Shown piece by piece: positions 1 through 10,748 of a stretch of DNA of 64,000 nucleotides. The DNA comes from a cyanobacterium endosymbiont of Rhopalodia gibba (GTDB lineage: Bacteria > Cyanobacteriota > Cyanobacteriia > Cyanobacteriales > Microcystaceae), in assembly GCA_045159875.1 (NCBI GenBank), contig CP067995.1, forward strand, positions 1,632,001-1,696,000, read 5' to 3'. The first letter of the stretch is position 1; the number at the start of each line of letters is the position of its first letter. Below the pieces are notes generated by a model. It did not search any database. It was not told the DNA's origin and was given only the letters and a program-made list of their open reading frames with translations. The position numbers and the translations under genes were made by a program.

Positions 1-31
1 ACTTTCTAGTCTAGGAGGTCAATAATTTTTC

Positions 32-652
32 TTAATCCATTCTGTACTTTTCCCAAGTTGCTAAATCTTCGGGACGATCTATATCAGACAAAACAGGTAG
101 AACAAATGTATTTAGGTTGAGTTGTCGAGCAATAATTTTGGTTTTAGATAAGACCTCATTTGTTCCCCAAGGAATATTTTGAAATAACTCAGGGATAATT
201 TTTCTTAGTCCAATTAAATAGTAACCACCATCAGATGCTTCTCCTAAGACTAAATCATTCTCATCTAACGACTCAAAAGCATTCATAATAATTTTTATAT
301 TCAGATCAGGACAATCAATTCCAATAATGACTACTCTAGAGAATTTTAATTGAAAAGAATCCTCAAAAGCTAACTTCATTCGATTTCCTAAATCTTCCTC
401 ATGCTGAGAACAATAATTTAAATCATTTCCCAGCCAACTTTCCATAAATTCTTGACTAGCTCCTGTATAGTAAACAGTGATAGAAATTTTTTTTATTAAT
501 TTTCTTACTTCTGTTATCGTGTGCTCTGTAAGTTGAAGCTGTAACTTTGCTGCACCTTCTGGCCCTAAAGCTGGAATCAAGCGCGTTTTGGTTTTTTTAG
601 GTTCAGGATAACGAGTAAAAACAATTAAGCGGTGGCAATTCTTATTAGTCAT
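32..652 (-). CDS. DUF2064 / TIGR04282-family glycosyltransferase-like (CofC-like nucleotidyltransferase fold) protein
   Basis: 206-aa ORF with FTRYPEPKKTKTRLIPALG, VVIIGIDCPDL, DGGYYLIGL and C-terminal LSDIDRPEDL motifs typical of the family. Confidence 0.85.
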   Translation of the reverse strand: MTNKNCHRLIVFTRYPEPKKTKTRLIPALGPEGAAKLQLQLTEHTITEVRKLIKKISITVYYTGASQEFMESWLGNDLNYCSQHEEDLGNRMKLAFEDSFQLKFSRVVIIGIDCPDLNIKIIMNAFESLDENDLVLGEASDGGYYLIGLRKIIPELFQNIPWGTNEVLSKTKIIARQLNLNTFVLPVLSDIDRPEDLATWEKYRMD

Positions 653-1078
653 TTTACTGGCTTATCATCGACCAATCAGTCCCTTATACAGTCGAGGATT
701 TAAGGATTGTTAGCGATAATTAAAGGTTGGGGTTTTAAGTAGGTTATAAGCTGAAACTTCTTGGACCTTTTGAAAAAATAGAAGAAAGGGTATCCAATTA
801 GGTTTACTATCAGGAGAGTAAGCTCGCCATGACACAAAATTATACTAACCAGTAAATAAGATTAAAAACTTTAAGTCAATAGAAGCAGGGGGAATTTCAT
901 AAAAGATAGTTTATATTTGAGGCTCATCTTCACCCTGAAAAAGGTGAAAAAATCCTGTGTATCTAAATCTACACTAGCATGAGGAATATAAATTCGTAAA
1001 ATTTATCCTCGGATTAGTTTGAGCTTTCACCTCAAGATTTAGTTAACCAGTCTCAATCTTTTTTTATAAAGATTTATT

Positions 1079-1120
1079 TTGAGATAATGCACAAAACTAA
1101 TTTTCTGTGCATTATCTCAA
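1079..1120. repeat. Inverted repeat, 15-bp perfect arms
   Basis: TTGAGATAATGCACA (1079-1093) / TGTGCATTATCTCAA (1106-1120), 12-nt partly pairable spacer. Confidence 0.9.
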
Positions 1121-1366
1121 TACATAGTAACCAGGAGTTTATTATGAGCAGAGATCTTAATCAAGGGCAACAAGGAACAAGAAATTTCTCATGAATCGTT
1201 TCTGATTACTATATATAGTTAATTCATAAACCTTGAAAATAGCCTAGAGACGTTGTGCACAAAGTCTCCAGGAAAATAAGGTCATATAATTTGGATTGGT
1301 CTGAAGAGATGTCGATCCACAAAAAGACCACACCGATTTAAAGTGTGGTAAATAACATCAGACAGT

Positions 1367-1660
1367 TTAGAAGCGGTTCCGTCCGCGTCCGCCACCATAG
1401 CCTCCACCACCACGCTGTTCGCGTTCTCTGGCTTTGTTGACCTTGAGAGTACGCCCCATCCACTCAGCTCCATCAAGGGTCTCGATGGCTTTATCTTCTT
1501 CAGTAACTGAGTTCATTTCAACAAATGCAAAGCCACGCATCCGACCCGTTTCCCGGTCAGTAGGGACATATACTCTTTTGACTGAACCATATTCGGCGAA
1601 GACCGAATTAAGATCATCTTCTGTAACATCGTAAGAAAGGTTGCCTACATAAATGGACAT
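1367..1660 (-). CDS. rbp: RRM RNA-binding protein with Gly-rich tail (cyanobacterial Rbp family), 97 aa
   Basis: MSIYVGNLSY (RNP2) and RGFAFVEM (RNP1) motifs, GGGGYGGG tail. Start reassigned to ATG at 1660 with a GGAGA SD upstream (ORF track start 1765 is too long). Confidence 0.95.
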   Translation of the reverse strand: MSIYVGNLSYDVTEDDLNSVFAEYGSVKRVYVPTDRETGRMRGFAFVEMNSVTEEDKAIETLDGAEWMGRTLKVNKAREREQRGGGGYGGGRGRNRF

Positions 1661-1666
1661 AGATTG

Positions 1667-1711
1667 TCTCCATTGACGACTGATGTGTGTAGAGATATTA
1701 GATTTCGGAGA
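1667..1711 (-). promoter_or_regulatory. rbp 5'UTR element: TCTCCGAA box complementary to the GGAGA ribosome-binding site
   Basis: Minus strand reads TCTCCGAA (1711-1704) ... GGAGA (1671-1667) then ATG at 1660. Resembles the conserved 5'UTR box of cold-inducible cyanobacterial rbp genes. Confidence 0.6.
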
Positions 1712-1950
1712 GCATCTTGCCAAGACAAAACGGGAAAAACCTGTCAATGCTAATAACAAACTCAAAACCGATACTCAAACTCTCATTATTTCAATAATAG
1801 CACTTTCAGAAGAAGAAAGAAACATTTTAGCCAACTCGGTACGTCTTCCTCACAGAGAATCACCTAACTTTACTTTAAAAAAATTTGTTAAGATCCATTG
1901 TGTTAATTTTTTCTTCATATTTTTTTTCTTACTTCCTTATCCTAATATTC

Positions 1951-1980
1951 CCCATTAATCCCCATTAATCCCCATTAATC
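1951..1980. repeat. Exact tandem repeat (CCCATTAATC)x3
   Basis: Three exact 10-mers ending 9 nt before the ATG at 1990. Confidence 0.95.
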
Positions 1981-1989
1981 TAAACCCTA

Positions 1990-2388
1990 ATGTATCAGTC
2001 GGATTACTCTTTACCTGACTTAGCTCAAGGATCTCTATTACAAGAATTTCTTGAAACTCTGCCGCTCCCATATAGAACCATAGTAGCAATCGCCTATTTT
2101 ACTTCGTCAAGAATTAGTGATATTTTATTCTTAAAAACTAGCGATATTTACCCTAATCAAATCAAGATTACCAAATCAGAATCCAATTTTAACAAATTAG
2201 TTCCTATAACTCCCTTGTTAAGACCTTATTTAACTATTTATCTTAATGGACTTAAGCCTCAAAAATCAGCTTTTCTATTTGTTAATTCCCAGGGACAACC
2301 TTTAACAAGTTGGGTGGTTTTTCGGGTATTGAATATAACAGCGCGTCAAATTAATCTTCCAGAAGTTTATCTTTTTATTCTTCGTTAA
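1990..2388 (+). CDS. Truncated tyrosine recombinase/integrase catalytic-domain protein (possible pseudogene)
   Basis: YRTIVAIAYFTSSRISDILFLKTSDI resembles box I, plus VPI and LFVNSQGQPLT patches. The ORF ends at FILR* where HxxR should be, with no catalytic Tyr region. Confidence 0.7.
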   Translation: MYQSDYSLPDLAQGSLLQEFLETLPLPYRTIVAIAYFTSSRISDILFLKTSDIYPNQIKITKSESNFNKLVPITPLLRPYLTIYLNGLKPQKSAFLFVNSQGQPLTSWVVFRVLNITARQINLPEVYLFILR

Positions 2389-2667
2389 TTTTTATAGATA
2401 GCTTGTTATCTAATTTTAATTGAGATTAGAATAACTAAAGGTTTAAATTAGTATATTATTGTAAATAATATTCAATCTAACAAGAATTTCAAACTCTTTC
2501 CATCTTCAGTAGCTCCCCACACCCTGTAATCGAATCTTAACTCGATCTAAAAGAAGATGCTTGAGAGTAACTAAATACGTAATAATGGACAATGCGTCTT
2601 TTGATTTAGCCAGACTAAACCAGAAAACGTGACTTTTTGTATGACGATAAAACTAAGATTAATTCCG

Positions 2668-4464
2668 ATGCGAACTCATTATTGCGGCGACCTAAGAGCA
2701 ACTGATATTAATAAAACCGTTACCCTATTTGGTTGGGTTGATCGCCGAAGAGATCATGGAGGTGTAGTCTTCATTGACTTACGTGATCGCACAGGAATTA
2801 TCCAAATTGTTAGTGACCCACAACGAACCCCTGACTCTTATCCCGATGCAGAAAACCTACGTAGCGAATATGTAGTTAAAATAGTAGGTTGTGTAAGTCA
2901 ACGTCCCTCAGAGTCTCTCAACCTGAAATTATTGACCGGAGAAGTAGAAATATATGCTGATAGTATAGAATTACTTAACGGAGTGGATAAGCAACTTCCC
3001 TTTGTGATATCGAGTTTGGAAGCAGAATTAGTCAGAGAGGATGTTCGTCTCAAGTATCGCTACTTGGACTTAAGGCGTGATAGCATGTCCAAAAACTTGC
3101 AGTTACGTCATAGGGTAGTTAAAGCAATACGTCGCTATCTCGAAGATGAACAACAGTTTATGGAGATAGAAACTCCCATTCTTACTCGCTCTACCCCTGA
3201 AGGAGCACGAGATTATTTAGTTCCTTCCCGTGTTAACCCTGGTCAATGGTATGCTTTACCACAATCCCCTCAATTATTTAAGCAATTATTGATGATATCG
3301 GGATATGATCGCTACTATCAGATTGCCCGTTGTTTCCGCGATGAGGATTTACGGGCTGATAGACAACCAGAATTTACTCAACTAGACATGGAAATGAGTT
3401 TCATGTCCGAAGAAGAGATTTTAGACTTGAATGAGGGGTTAGTTTGCTATATTTTCAGAACTGTCAAAGATATTGAAATTGCCCGTCCCTTTCCTCGTCT
3501 AACCTATGCAGAAACTATGGAAAAATATGGGACAGATTGCCCTGATACACGTTTTGATTTAACTTTAGTTGATGTTTCAAGCATTGTTAAAGATAGTGGA
3601 TTTAAAGTTTTTGCCGATGCAATTAAAAATGGTGGAAAAGTAAAAGTTTTACCGATTCCTGGGGGGAATGAAGCAATTTCTAATGTAAGAATTAAACCTG
3701 GGGGAGATTTATTCGAAAAGGCTACTGATGCAGGAGCCAAAGGAATTGCTTTTATTCGAGTCAAAGATAATAATCAACTTGATACTATTGGGGCAATAAA
3801 AGATAATTTGAATCAAGAACAAAAAGCTGAATTATTAGCTAAAACACGAGCTAAACCAGGAGATTTATTGCTATTTGGAGCAGGGAATATGGATGTAGTT
3901 AATAGATCTTTATCTCGATTGCGATTAGTAATTGGAGAACAGTTAGGATTAATCGATCATGAGCAAGTTAATTTACTTTGGATCACTGAATTCCCCATGT
4001 TTGAATGGAATGCTAATGAAAACCGATTAGAAGCATTACATCATCCCTTTACTGCACCTAATCCAGAAGATTTAAATGATCTCGAAACGGCTAGATCACA
4101 AGCTTATGACTTGGTCTACAATGGAGTAGAAATTGGAGGTGGAAGTCTAAGAATTTATAAAAAAGAAATCCAGGAAAAAGTATTTGCAACTATTGGCTTA
4201 TCTAAGTCGGAAGTATACAATAAGTTCGGTTTTTTGTTAGAGGCTTTTGAATATGGAACTCCTCCTCATGGAGGTATTGCATACGGGTTAGATCGCTTAG
4301 TGATGTTGTTAGCTGGAGAAGATTCCATAAGAGATGTTATCGCATTTCCGAAAACTCAACAAGCAAGTTGTTCACTTACACAAGCACCAGCTGCTGTTGA
4401 CGACAAACAATTAAAAGAATTGCAAGTTAAATTTATTGATAAACCTAAATCTAAACCTGAATAA
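2668..4464 (+). CDS. aspS: Aspartate--tRNA ligase (likely non-discriminating Asp/Asn type)
   Basis: MRTHYCG start, RRDHGG (His typical of ND-AspRS), motif 2 [18 protein letters not shown], motif 3 [13 protein letters not shown]. Start set at ATG 2668. Confidence 0.97.
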   Translation: MRTHYCGDLRATDINKTVTLFGWVDRRRDHGGVVFIDLRDRTGIIQIVSDPQRTPDSYPDAENLRSEYVVKIVGCVSQRPSESLNLKLLTGEVEIYADSIELLNGVDKQLPFVISSLEAELVREDVRLKYRYLDLRRDSMSKNLQLRHRVVKAIRRYLEDEQQFMEIETPILTRSTPEGARDYLVPSRVNPGQWYALPQSPQLFKQLLMISGYDRYYQIARCFRDEDLRADRQPEFTQLDMEMSFMSEEEILDLNEGLVCYIFRTVKDIEIARPFPRLTYAETMEKYGTDCPDTRFDLTLVDVSSIVKDSGFKVFADAIKNGGKVKVLPIPGGNEAISNVRIKPGGDLFEKATDAGAKGIAFIRVKDNNQLDTIGAIKDNLNQEQKAELLAKTRAKPGDLLLFGAGNMDVVNRSLSRLRLVIGEQLGLIDHEQVNLLWITEFPMFEWNANENRLEALHHPFTAPNPEDLNDLETARSQAYDLVYNGVEIGGGSLRIYKKEIQEKVFATIGLSKSEVYNKFGFLLEAFEYGTPPHGGIAYGLDRLVMLLAGEDSIRDVIAFPKTQQASCSLTQAPAAVDDKQLKELQVKFIDKPKSKPE

Positions 4465-4479
4465 TTAAGATAAACCAGT

Positions 4480-4540
4480 AATGAGGTCATCTTACTCAGT
4501 TTCGTTTTTCCGAAACGAAACTGAGTAAGATGACCTCATT
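4480..4540. repeat. Perfect 28-bp-arm inverted repeat with 5-nt loop (possible bidirectional terminator between aspS and gapN)
   Basis: AATGAGGTCATCTTACTCAGTTTCGTTT (4480-4507) / TTCCG / AAACGAAACTGAGTAAGATGACCTCATT (4513-4540). Confidence 0.95.
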
Positions 4541-4766
4541 TTACCTAAGTTCTAGAGGTAAAACAATTTGCGGATAACCCATCACAATTAAAATTTTATA
4601 CTTCTGATTATTTCGTTAAAAAAGTCATAAGTAGTCAACTACATCCTCTCTATTCAGAAAGTCTAAAATTTGATTTCTTATTACTTTTTAGTGAATCAAA
4701 AAAATAAGTATTAATTCTCAGCTCTTTCTAACAGAAAGGAGGCAAGGGATGAATTAGATAATTTAC

Positions 4767-6392
4767 TTATAAAATGAAATCAGTAGACAAAAAATTAGAC
4801 TTATGTTCCCTGACAATTTCAGAAATTAATTTTTTATTAAGATCAATTTCTTTAGCTGCTACTAAAGTCCGGATGGAAAAAGCTCTTAAAGCATCATTAA
4901 CTGATAAAGTTCCCTCTGCAGAATCTTTTCGTCCAGTGAACGGGAAAGTATCAGGTCCCCGTTGACATTGACTATTTAAATTAACCCGACAAACTTGATT
5001 AACTAAGGGGTCAACTAATTGGGCTATCTCTTCTGTGTTCTGTCCAAAAATACTTACTTGTTGTCCGTAGTCTGACTGCACTAAGTAGTCAATAGGAGTC
5101 TCAATATCATCAAAAGGAACAATGGGAATAACTGGTCCAAATTGTTCGACAGAATAAATTTTCATTTGTTCGTTGACAGGATAAAGAACTGCTGGATAAA
5201 AGAAGGTTTCATTAATGGTTCCTCCTGCCTCATTAATCACATCAGCCCCATGTTTTTTTGCATCTTCTACTAAGTCTTGAAGATACTGAGGTTTTCCTGG
5301 TTCGGCAATGGGAGTTAAGAAAACTCCTTCTTCCCATGGCATCCCAAATTTAAGGTTACTGATCGCTTCAATAAACTTATTTAAAAACTTATCAATAATA
5401 ACAGTATGCACAAAAAGAATCTTAATAGCAGTACACCTTTGTCCATTGTAGGATAGAGTTCCTAAAATACATTCTTTAACAGCCAAATCTAAATCGGCAT
5501 GGGGTAAAATAATTCCTGGATTTTTAGCTTCCAATCCTAAAATTGATCTTAAACGGTAAGATTTTGGGTGTTGTTTTTTGAGGTTGTTAGCTGCTTTACT
5601 ACTTCCAATAAAAGCTAAAGCATCAATTTTTCCTGACTCCATTAATGCAGGTGAAATCGTTCGACCGTTACCATAAATAGTATTAACAACTCCAGGGGGA
5701 AAAGCTTCTTTAAACGCTTCTAATAAGGGATAGTTTAACAACACCCCTGGACGGGGGGCTTTGACAACAACAGTATTCCCCATAATTAAGGCGGGAATTA
5801 GAGTCGTAAATGTTTCGTTGAGGGGATAATTAGCTGGTCCCATGCTCAAGACAATCCCCAAGGGTGCGCGGCGAATTTGTCCTATAACTCCTTGGGTAAT
5901 CTCAAAGCGCGAAGAAACTCGATCTAGATTTTTAAGAGCATCAATAGTGTCTTCAATATAGTTAACAGTTCGGTCAAATTCTTTACAAGAATCTGTATAA
6001 GATTTCCCAATTTCCCACATTAAAAGATTGACGACTTCTGCTCGTTTTTCCTTCATTCGATAGGCAAAGTCTTGGAGGCATTCAATTCGTTGACCAACGG
6101 GCATAGTTGGCCATTTTCCGCGTCCATTATCATAGGCTTTTGCTGCTGCATCTAAAGCAGATAAAGCTGCTTCTTGTCCTAAACAGGGAAAGTCCCCAAT
6201 TTTTTTGCGAGTTAATCCTTGAGGTGTTTTTAGGTAAATAGGAGATAAGGATTCCTCCATTTCTCCATTCCAAACCTCTAGATTTCCATTGATTAGATAT
6301 TCTCGTTGTTCGATAGAACTTTTTAGGTGAAATTCTGGAGGAATATTTTCAAGAGAAGGAAAAATATTGTTGATTTTTGCAATAATACTCAT
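4767..6392 (-). CDS. gapN: NADP-dependent non-phosphorylating glyceraldehyde-3-phosphate dehydrogenase (ALDH superfamily)
   Basis: 541 aa. PANYPLNETF, FIGSS, LGLEAKNPGI (catalytic Glu), SYNGQRCTAIK (catalytic Cys), EQFGP, QRGPDTFPFTGRKDS match the GapN subfamily. Confidence 0.85.
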   Translation of the reverse strand: MSIIAKINNIFPSLENIPPEFHLKSSIEQREYLINGNLEVWNGEMEESLSPIYLKTPQGLTRKKIGDFPCLGQEAALSALDAAAKAYDNGRGKWPTMPVGQRIECLQDFAYRMKEKRAEVVNLLMWEIGKSYTDSCKEFDRTVNYIEDTIDALKNLDRVSSRFEITQGVIGQIRRAPLGIVLSMGPANYPLNETFTTLIPALIMGNTVVVKAPRPGVLLNYPLLEAFKEAFPPGVVNTIYGNGRTISPALMESGKIDALAFIGSSKAANNLKKQHPKSYRLRSILGLEAKNPGIILPHADLDLAVKECILGTLSYNGQRCTAIKILFVHTVIIDKFLNKFIEAISNLKFGMPWEEGVFLTPIAEPGKPQYLQDLVEDAKKHGADVINEAGGTINETFFYPAVLYPVNEQMKIYSVEQFGPVIPIVPFDDIETPIDYLVQSDYGQQVSIFGQNTEEIAQLVDPLVNQVCRVNLNSQCQRGPDTFPFTGRKDSAEGTLSVNDALRAFSIRTLVAAKEIDLNKKLISEIVREHKSNFLSTDFIL

Positions 6393-7279
6393 GATGTTTT
6401 GTTATGTTGTTTAATAACTTTAAAGATATATCAAATATCAACTTGTTTAAAGATGTTTGGTAAAATTTTAGCTGAGTTTAATAATTGCTTCCTTTCCATC
6501 TCATTGAGAAATAAGTTAACGTATTTTAATGCTACTCCTTCATCAACAACGATGAATAAACTAGAACAAGCATATTGATGTTATAGAATCCCTGAACTTG
6601 AGGAATAATAGTTAAAATCAGCTTCTGACACCATAAGATTATCTTAAGTAATACCTGTCACTACTAAATCAATAGCATTGACACCATAGCCTTTCAGTTT
6701 GTAAATTTTATATACAGCATCTTTTACTTAGTTAAAAACATTATTTTATTTTTTTTTAAAAATTATAATAAGTTTTGCCCCTTTCGCGAGGAAATTTTAA
6801 TTTCCCCAATGTGTATGCTAGTCGATTAATCGAACTTACTGTTCTGATCTCCTATGACTTTAGGTATAAAAATTCATTACTAAGATTCAAGTTTTAGGAT
6901 AAAAAAACGAGGAAAAGGATTATATCTAAAATAGCTATTTATCCCAAGACTATTACGCTAAAAAATTACAATTTTTTTAAAAAAACGTTAAATTAGAATA
7001 TTAATACTTAGATTTAACTATTAATAGAGTTACTAATAATAAATAAGATGGCATCAAAACATAATTTTACCATTTCATTAAAGATACTTTTAGAGACATT
7101 AACATTGCGCTTTCTTAATTCTAAACTATTTGCTCCTGTTTTTTGAGTCTCTTTGGCTGCAATGATTGTCATATCAGCATCTTTCACCGTAAAGTTTATC
7201 TTAGTAATAGTTTATCGAAAATAAAAAATAGATTTTGTGCACTAGTTTTATAATCTCTTTTTACACTTTTTTTTATTAC

Positions 7280-7320
7280 TTTTTGTTAAAACTACTTTTA
7301 TCAAGTAGTTTTAACAAAAA
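7280..7320. repeat. Perfect 18-bp-arm inverted repeat
   Basis: TTTTTGTTAAAACTACTT / TTATC / AAGTAGTTTTAACAAAAA. Confidence 0.9.
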
Positions 7321-8065
7321 ATATAATTAAGTCTATACTGTCTTCACCTATCTGCAAAAAATAACTCCTTTTTGAAGGAAAACAGTAGCAGAATTTCTCT
7401 CATTAAGGATAGGAATAAAAAAACAATCAAACATGCTTGATCCTGAAGAGAATTGAATATTAATTTGAAGATTATACTAAATAATGGACTAAGGCTAAAA
7501 TTAAGTTTTCAAAAAACTGACAAGAACTCTATCTTTAAAAGATACTACAGCTTTTTCTTCTATAAAGATCAAAGAATTAAGTTTTTTTTCAAAATAAGAG
7601 ATTGTTTGCAATCCAAATATTAAGTAGGATTCCTTAGATGAATTTTTATTCTAAGAAACAAACTAAAATTTCTAGAATACTGTGTTTTCTAATCAAGAAT
7701 ACATCGTAACACTACACTGCGCTAATCTACTAGAATTTAACTTAGTTGATATGAACTATAAAAAACTCTCAAAAAAATATACTTGAAAAATTTATAAGAA
7801 TGGATACAGCAAACGATTTTGTAATTTAAAAACTGTGATTTCGAGAATTTGCATATTAAGAGGTCAAATAAATTAGTATAAATAGATATTTTAAATAGTA
7901 AAAAAGTCACGAGAGTTATTCAAAATTGTTTAAGGGATTGAATGTCTTGTATTTTGTACACTCACCTTTAAGACTTTATTGTAACTAGGAATTTTTTAAA
8001 AAACTAGAGGATAGTTCAGGGTACAATAAAAAACAGGCAAATGAACTAAATAGTGAAAGTCCCCT

Positions 8066-9151
8066 ATGACGCGGCAATACACAATTACCCTTCTCCCTGG
8101 TGATGGCATTGGGCCCGAAATCTTGACAGTTGCTGTGAAGATTCTACATGTCATTGGAAAACAGTTTGATATCAAATTTAACTTTAAAGAAGCCCTCATT
8201 GGAGGATCAGCGATCGATGCGACGGGGAAGCCTCTTCCTGAAGAGACCTTAACTTGCTGTCGCAACAGTGATGCTGTTTTATTAGCTGCCATTGGGGGGT
8301 ATAAGTGGGATAATCTCCCTCGTTATCAACGTCCTGAAACAGGATTATTAGCTATCCGTGCTGGACTTAACCTTTTTGCTAACTTGCGTCCTGCAACTAT
8401 TTTTCCCCAACTAATTGATGCTTCTTCCCTTAAAGCAGAAGTGATAGAAGGAGTTGATATCATGGTGGTTCGAGAATTGACAGGGGGCATTTATTTTGGA
8501 CAACCTAAAGGTGTTTTTGAGACAGAAACAGGGGAAAAACGGGGAGTCAACACAATGGCTTATATAGAGTCAGAAGTTGACCGTATTGCCAAAGTTGCTT
8601 TTGAAATAGCCCAAAAACGAAGCAGTAAGTTATGTTCTGTTGACAAAGCTAATGTCTTAGATGTGTCTCAATTATGGCGTGATCGTGTTAATCATATAGC
8701 ATCAGAATACCCTAATGTAGAACTTTCTCACCTTTATGTTGACAACGCAGTGATGCAGTTAGTTTGCGCTCCTAAGCAGTTTGATACTATTTTGACAGGT
8801 AATTTATTTGGGGATATTCTCTCCGATGCGGCGGCTATGTTAACTGGTAGTATTGGGATGTTACCCTCAGCTAGTTTAGGCTTAGAAAAACCAGGTTTAT
8901 TTGAACCTGTCCACGGTTCAGCCCCTGATATTGCTGGACAAGATAAGGCTAACCCCCTCGCCCAAGTACTAAGTGCAGCCATGATGTTACGGTATGGATT
9001 AAATGAACCTAACGCGGCAGATAAAATTGAACAAGGGGTATTAGAAGTGTTAGCTAAAGGCTATCGGACAGGAGATATTATGTCCCCGCAGATGAAAGCA
9101 TTAGGGTGTCAAGAAATGGGAGATGTATTACTCAAAGTAGTGGAATCTTAA
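8066..9151 (+). CDS. leuB: 3-isopropylmalate dehydrogenase
   Basis: [51 protein letters not shown] motifs. Confidence 0.97.
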   Translation: MTRQYTITLLPGDGIGPEILTVAVKILHVIGKQFDIKFNFKEALIGGSAIDATGKPLPEETLTCCRNSDAVLLAAIGGYKWDNLPRYQRPETGLLAIRAGLNLFANLRPATIFPQLIDASSLKAEVIEGVDIMVVRELTGGIYFGQPKGVFETETGEKRGVNTMAYIESEVDRIAKVAFEIAQKRSSKLCSVDKANVLDVSQLWRDRVNHIASEYPNVELSHLYVDNAVMQLVCAPKQFDTILTGNLFGDILSDAAAMLTGSIGMLPSASLGLEKPGLFEPVHGSAPDIAGQDKANPLAQVLSAAMMLRYGLNEPNAADKIEQGVLEVLAKGYRTGDIMSPQMKALGCQEMGDVLLKVVES

Positions 9152-9219
9152 TAGATAAGATATCCGTCTTCGAGTGGGTATTGACTTGTATGGAAATACA
9201 ACAAAAGTCAAGTTGAATT

Positions 9220-9495
9220 ATGGGGAACAAAACAGTGAGATATGCACATCAAAGACCAGATACTAAACAACAAGAAATACAACTGCCTATCACTGTTGAC
9301 TGCGCTGTTTTAAGGGCAGCGCAGCGTATTTATAGAGCCTATTGTGTTTTACATCCAAAACAAAATAGGCGACCTTACGGCATTGCCATTAATCGCAAAA
9401 GTAAACGAGGACAACTAATTTTCCGAAAAAACCCTGTTCTCTTACCTGGAGAAAGCTTTGTCTCGACTAATCAATTTGAAGCTGAAATTCATTAA
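9220..9495 (+). CDS. Hypothetical protein, 91 aa (cyanobacterial-type small protein)
   Basis: ATG-started ORF with coding-like GC just downstream of leuB. AAQRIYRAY...RPYGIAI...RGQLIF...PVLLPGESFV looks like a conserved protein. Confidence 0.65.
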   Translation: MGNKTVRYAHQRPDTKQQEIQLPITVDCAVLRAAQRIYRAYCVLHPKQNRRPYGIAINRKSKRGQLIFRKNPVLLPGESFVSTNQFEAEIH

Positions 9496-10224
9496 CTTCA
9501 CAAAAACTACATATTTACATAGACTTAAATTCATGGAAGTCACAAATCAGTTATTTGAGCATTTCAATCTTGAATGATTAGAGATTCGTAACAGCTTTGT
9601 GTTGCTAATATTTAAGAAATTAGAGTTTGATTTTAATTACTGTCAGTTGACATTTTTTGAAGTAACTATTTTGAGCAACGCTTTGTTTAACTGCCTTACT
9701 TAAATCACATTTTATCTTCAAACATTATTCCTGCAATTTTGTCAGCCTTTATCTGATTACATTCCCTTTCTATTATCTTTAGTTCTGAACTAAAAGTCAA
9801 CTTCTCCTTTTAATCAAGCAAAATTTAAACTTTTATTTTGTTTGGACATTCCTATTATATTTAGTTGTTTTTTTACCCTGTAGGATTACTTTTTATTTTT
9901 CTACTTGTATATAAGTTTAATTTATGAGTTTTCATCTGCTAAAACCTAGATTTTTTTAAAAAAATAGCCTTATACGCTTATTATTTAAAATAACACAGAA
10001 TTTACTACTTTGCTTGTTTAGATTATTCTTCTCTAGGATATAGAACATTTTTTGTCATTACCATTTGTTATTTTCATTTTTTTAAAAAAAATAGTTATTA
10101 TATAATCTGCCCTGTTTCTTCTCTTTTTAAGAGAAGAAACAAATATTGACTTCTGTAAGTTTTTGCATCCTCTTCTGATAACTATTTAATATGTTTTATC
10201 TTTTCTTCTTGCTAAGCTTATTTT

Positions 10225-10267
10225 ATCAAAACTTATCTAGGAATTGTTTTTCTAGATAAGTTTTGAT
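10225..10267. repeat. Perfect 16-bp-arm inverted repeat
   Basis: ATCAAAACTTATCTAG (10225-10240) / CTAGATAAGTTTTGAT (10252-10267). A second 13-bp IR, TGTTTCTTCTCTT/AAGAGAAGAAACA, lies at 10113-10141. Confidence 0.9.
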
Positions 10268-10748
10268 GATAAGTTTGCCTAATCTAACTTTCTATCCTCT
10301 TGTGCTTAAATACAATGTCTCTATCTTTGTTCTTGTTTTGGAGTTAACTTTTAATCAATAGTTATCTTTAATAGTTTTTTTTCTAATTGTGTTAGTCTGA
10401 TTTTTAAATGGGCTGGTATCTACGGGCTGATATCTATATAGTTGCTCTTTTAAAAAAACTTTTCTATTTTAGACTTATTTGAATTTACCTATTTATTAGG
10501 TATAGAATAACCGTAATGACTTTTTAGGAGATATCATCAATATTAACTGATGATATAGTCAGGTGCTATATAGCCATTAAATAGCTGTTGATGGCAACGA
10601 CACAACAAACAACAGTCCTCTAATTAACAGTTCTTTGTTTTTTAGCAACTGGTGTGAGTCGAAACTCTCATCATCAAAGGCCTTCCAATTTACTTCTCGA
10701 TTTCAGCTTTGTTTTTTTTAACCTTCGTTTTTTGAGGTAACTACTCTA

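Noticed and set aside
660..860. Possible oxidoreductase remnant (VSWRAYSPDSKPNWIP on the minus strand)
   Set aside because: Too short to assign to any family by eye.
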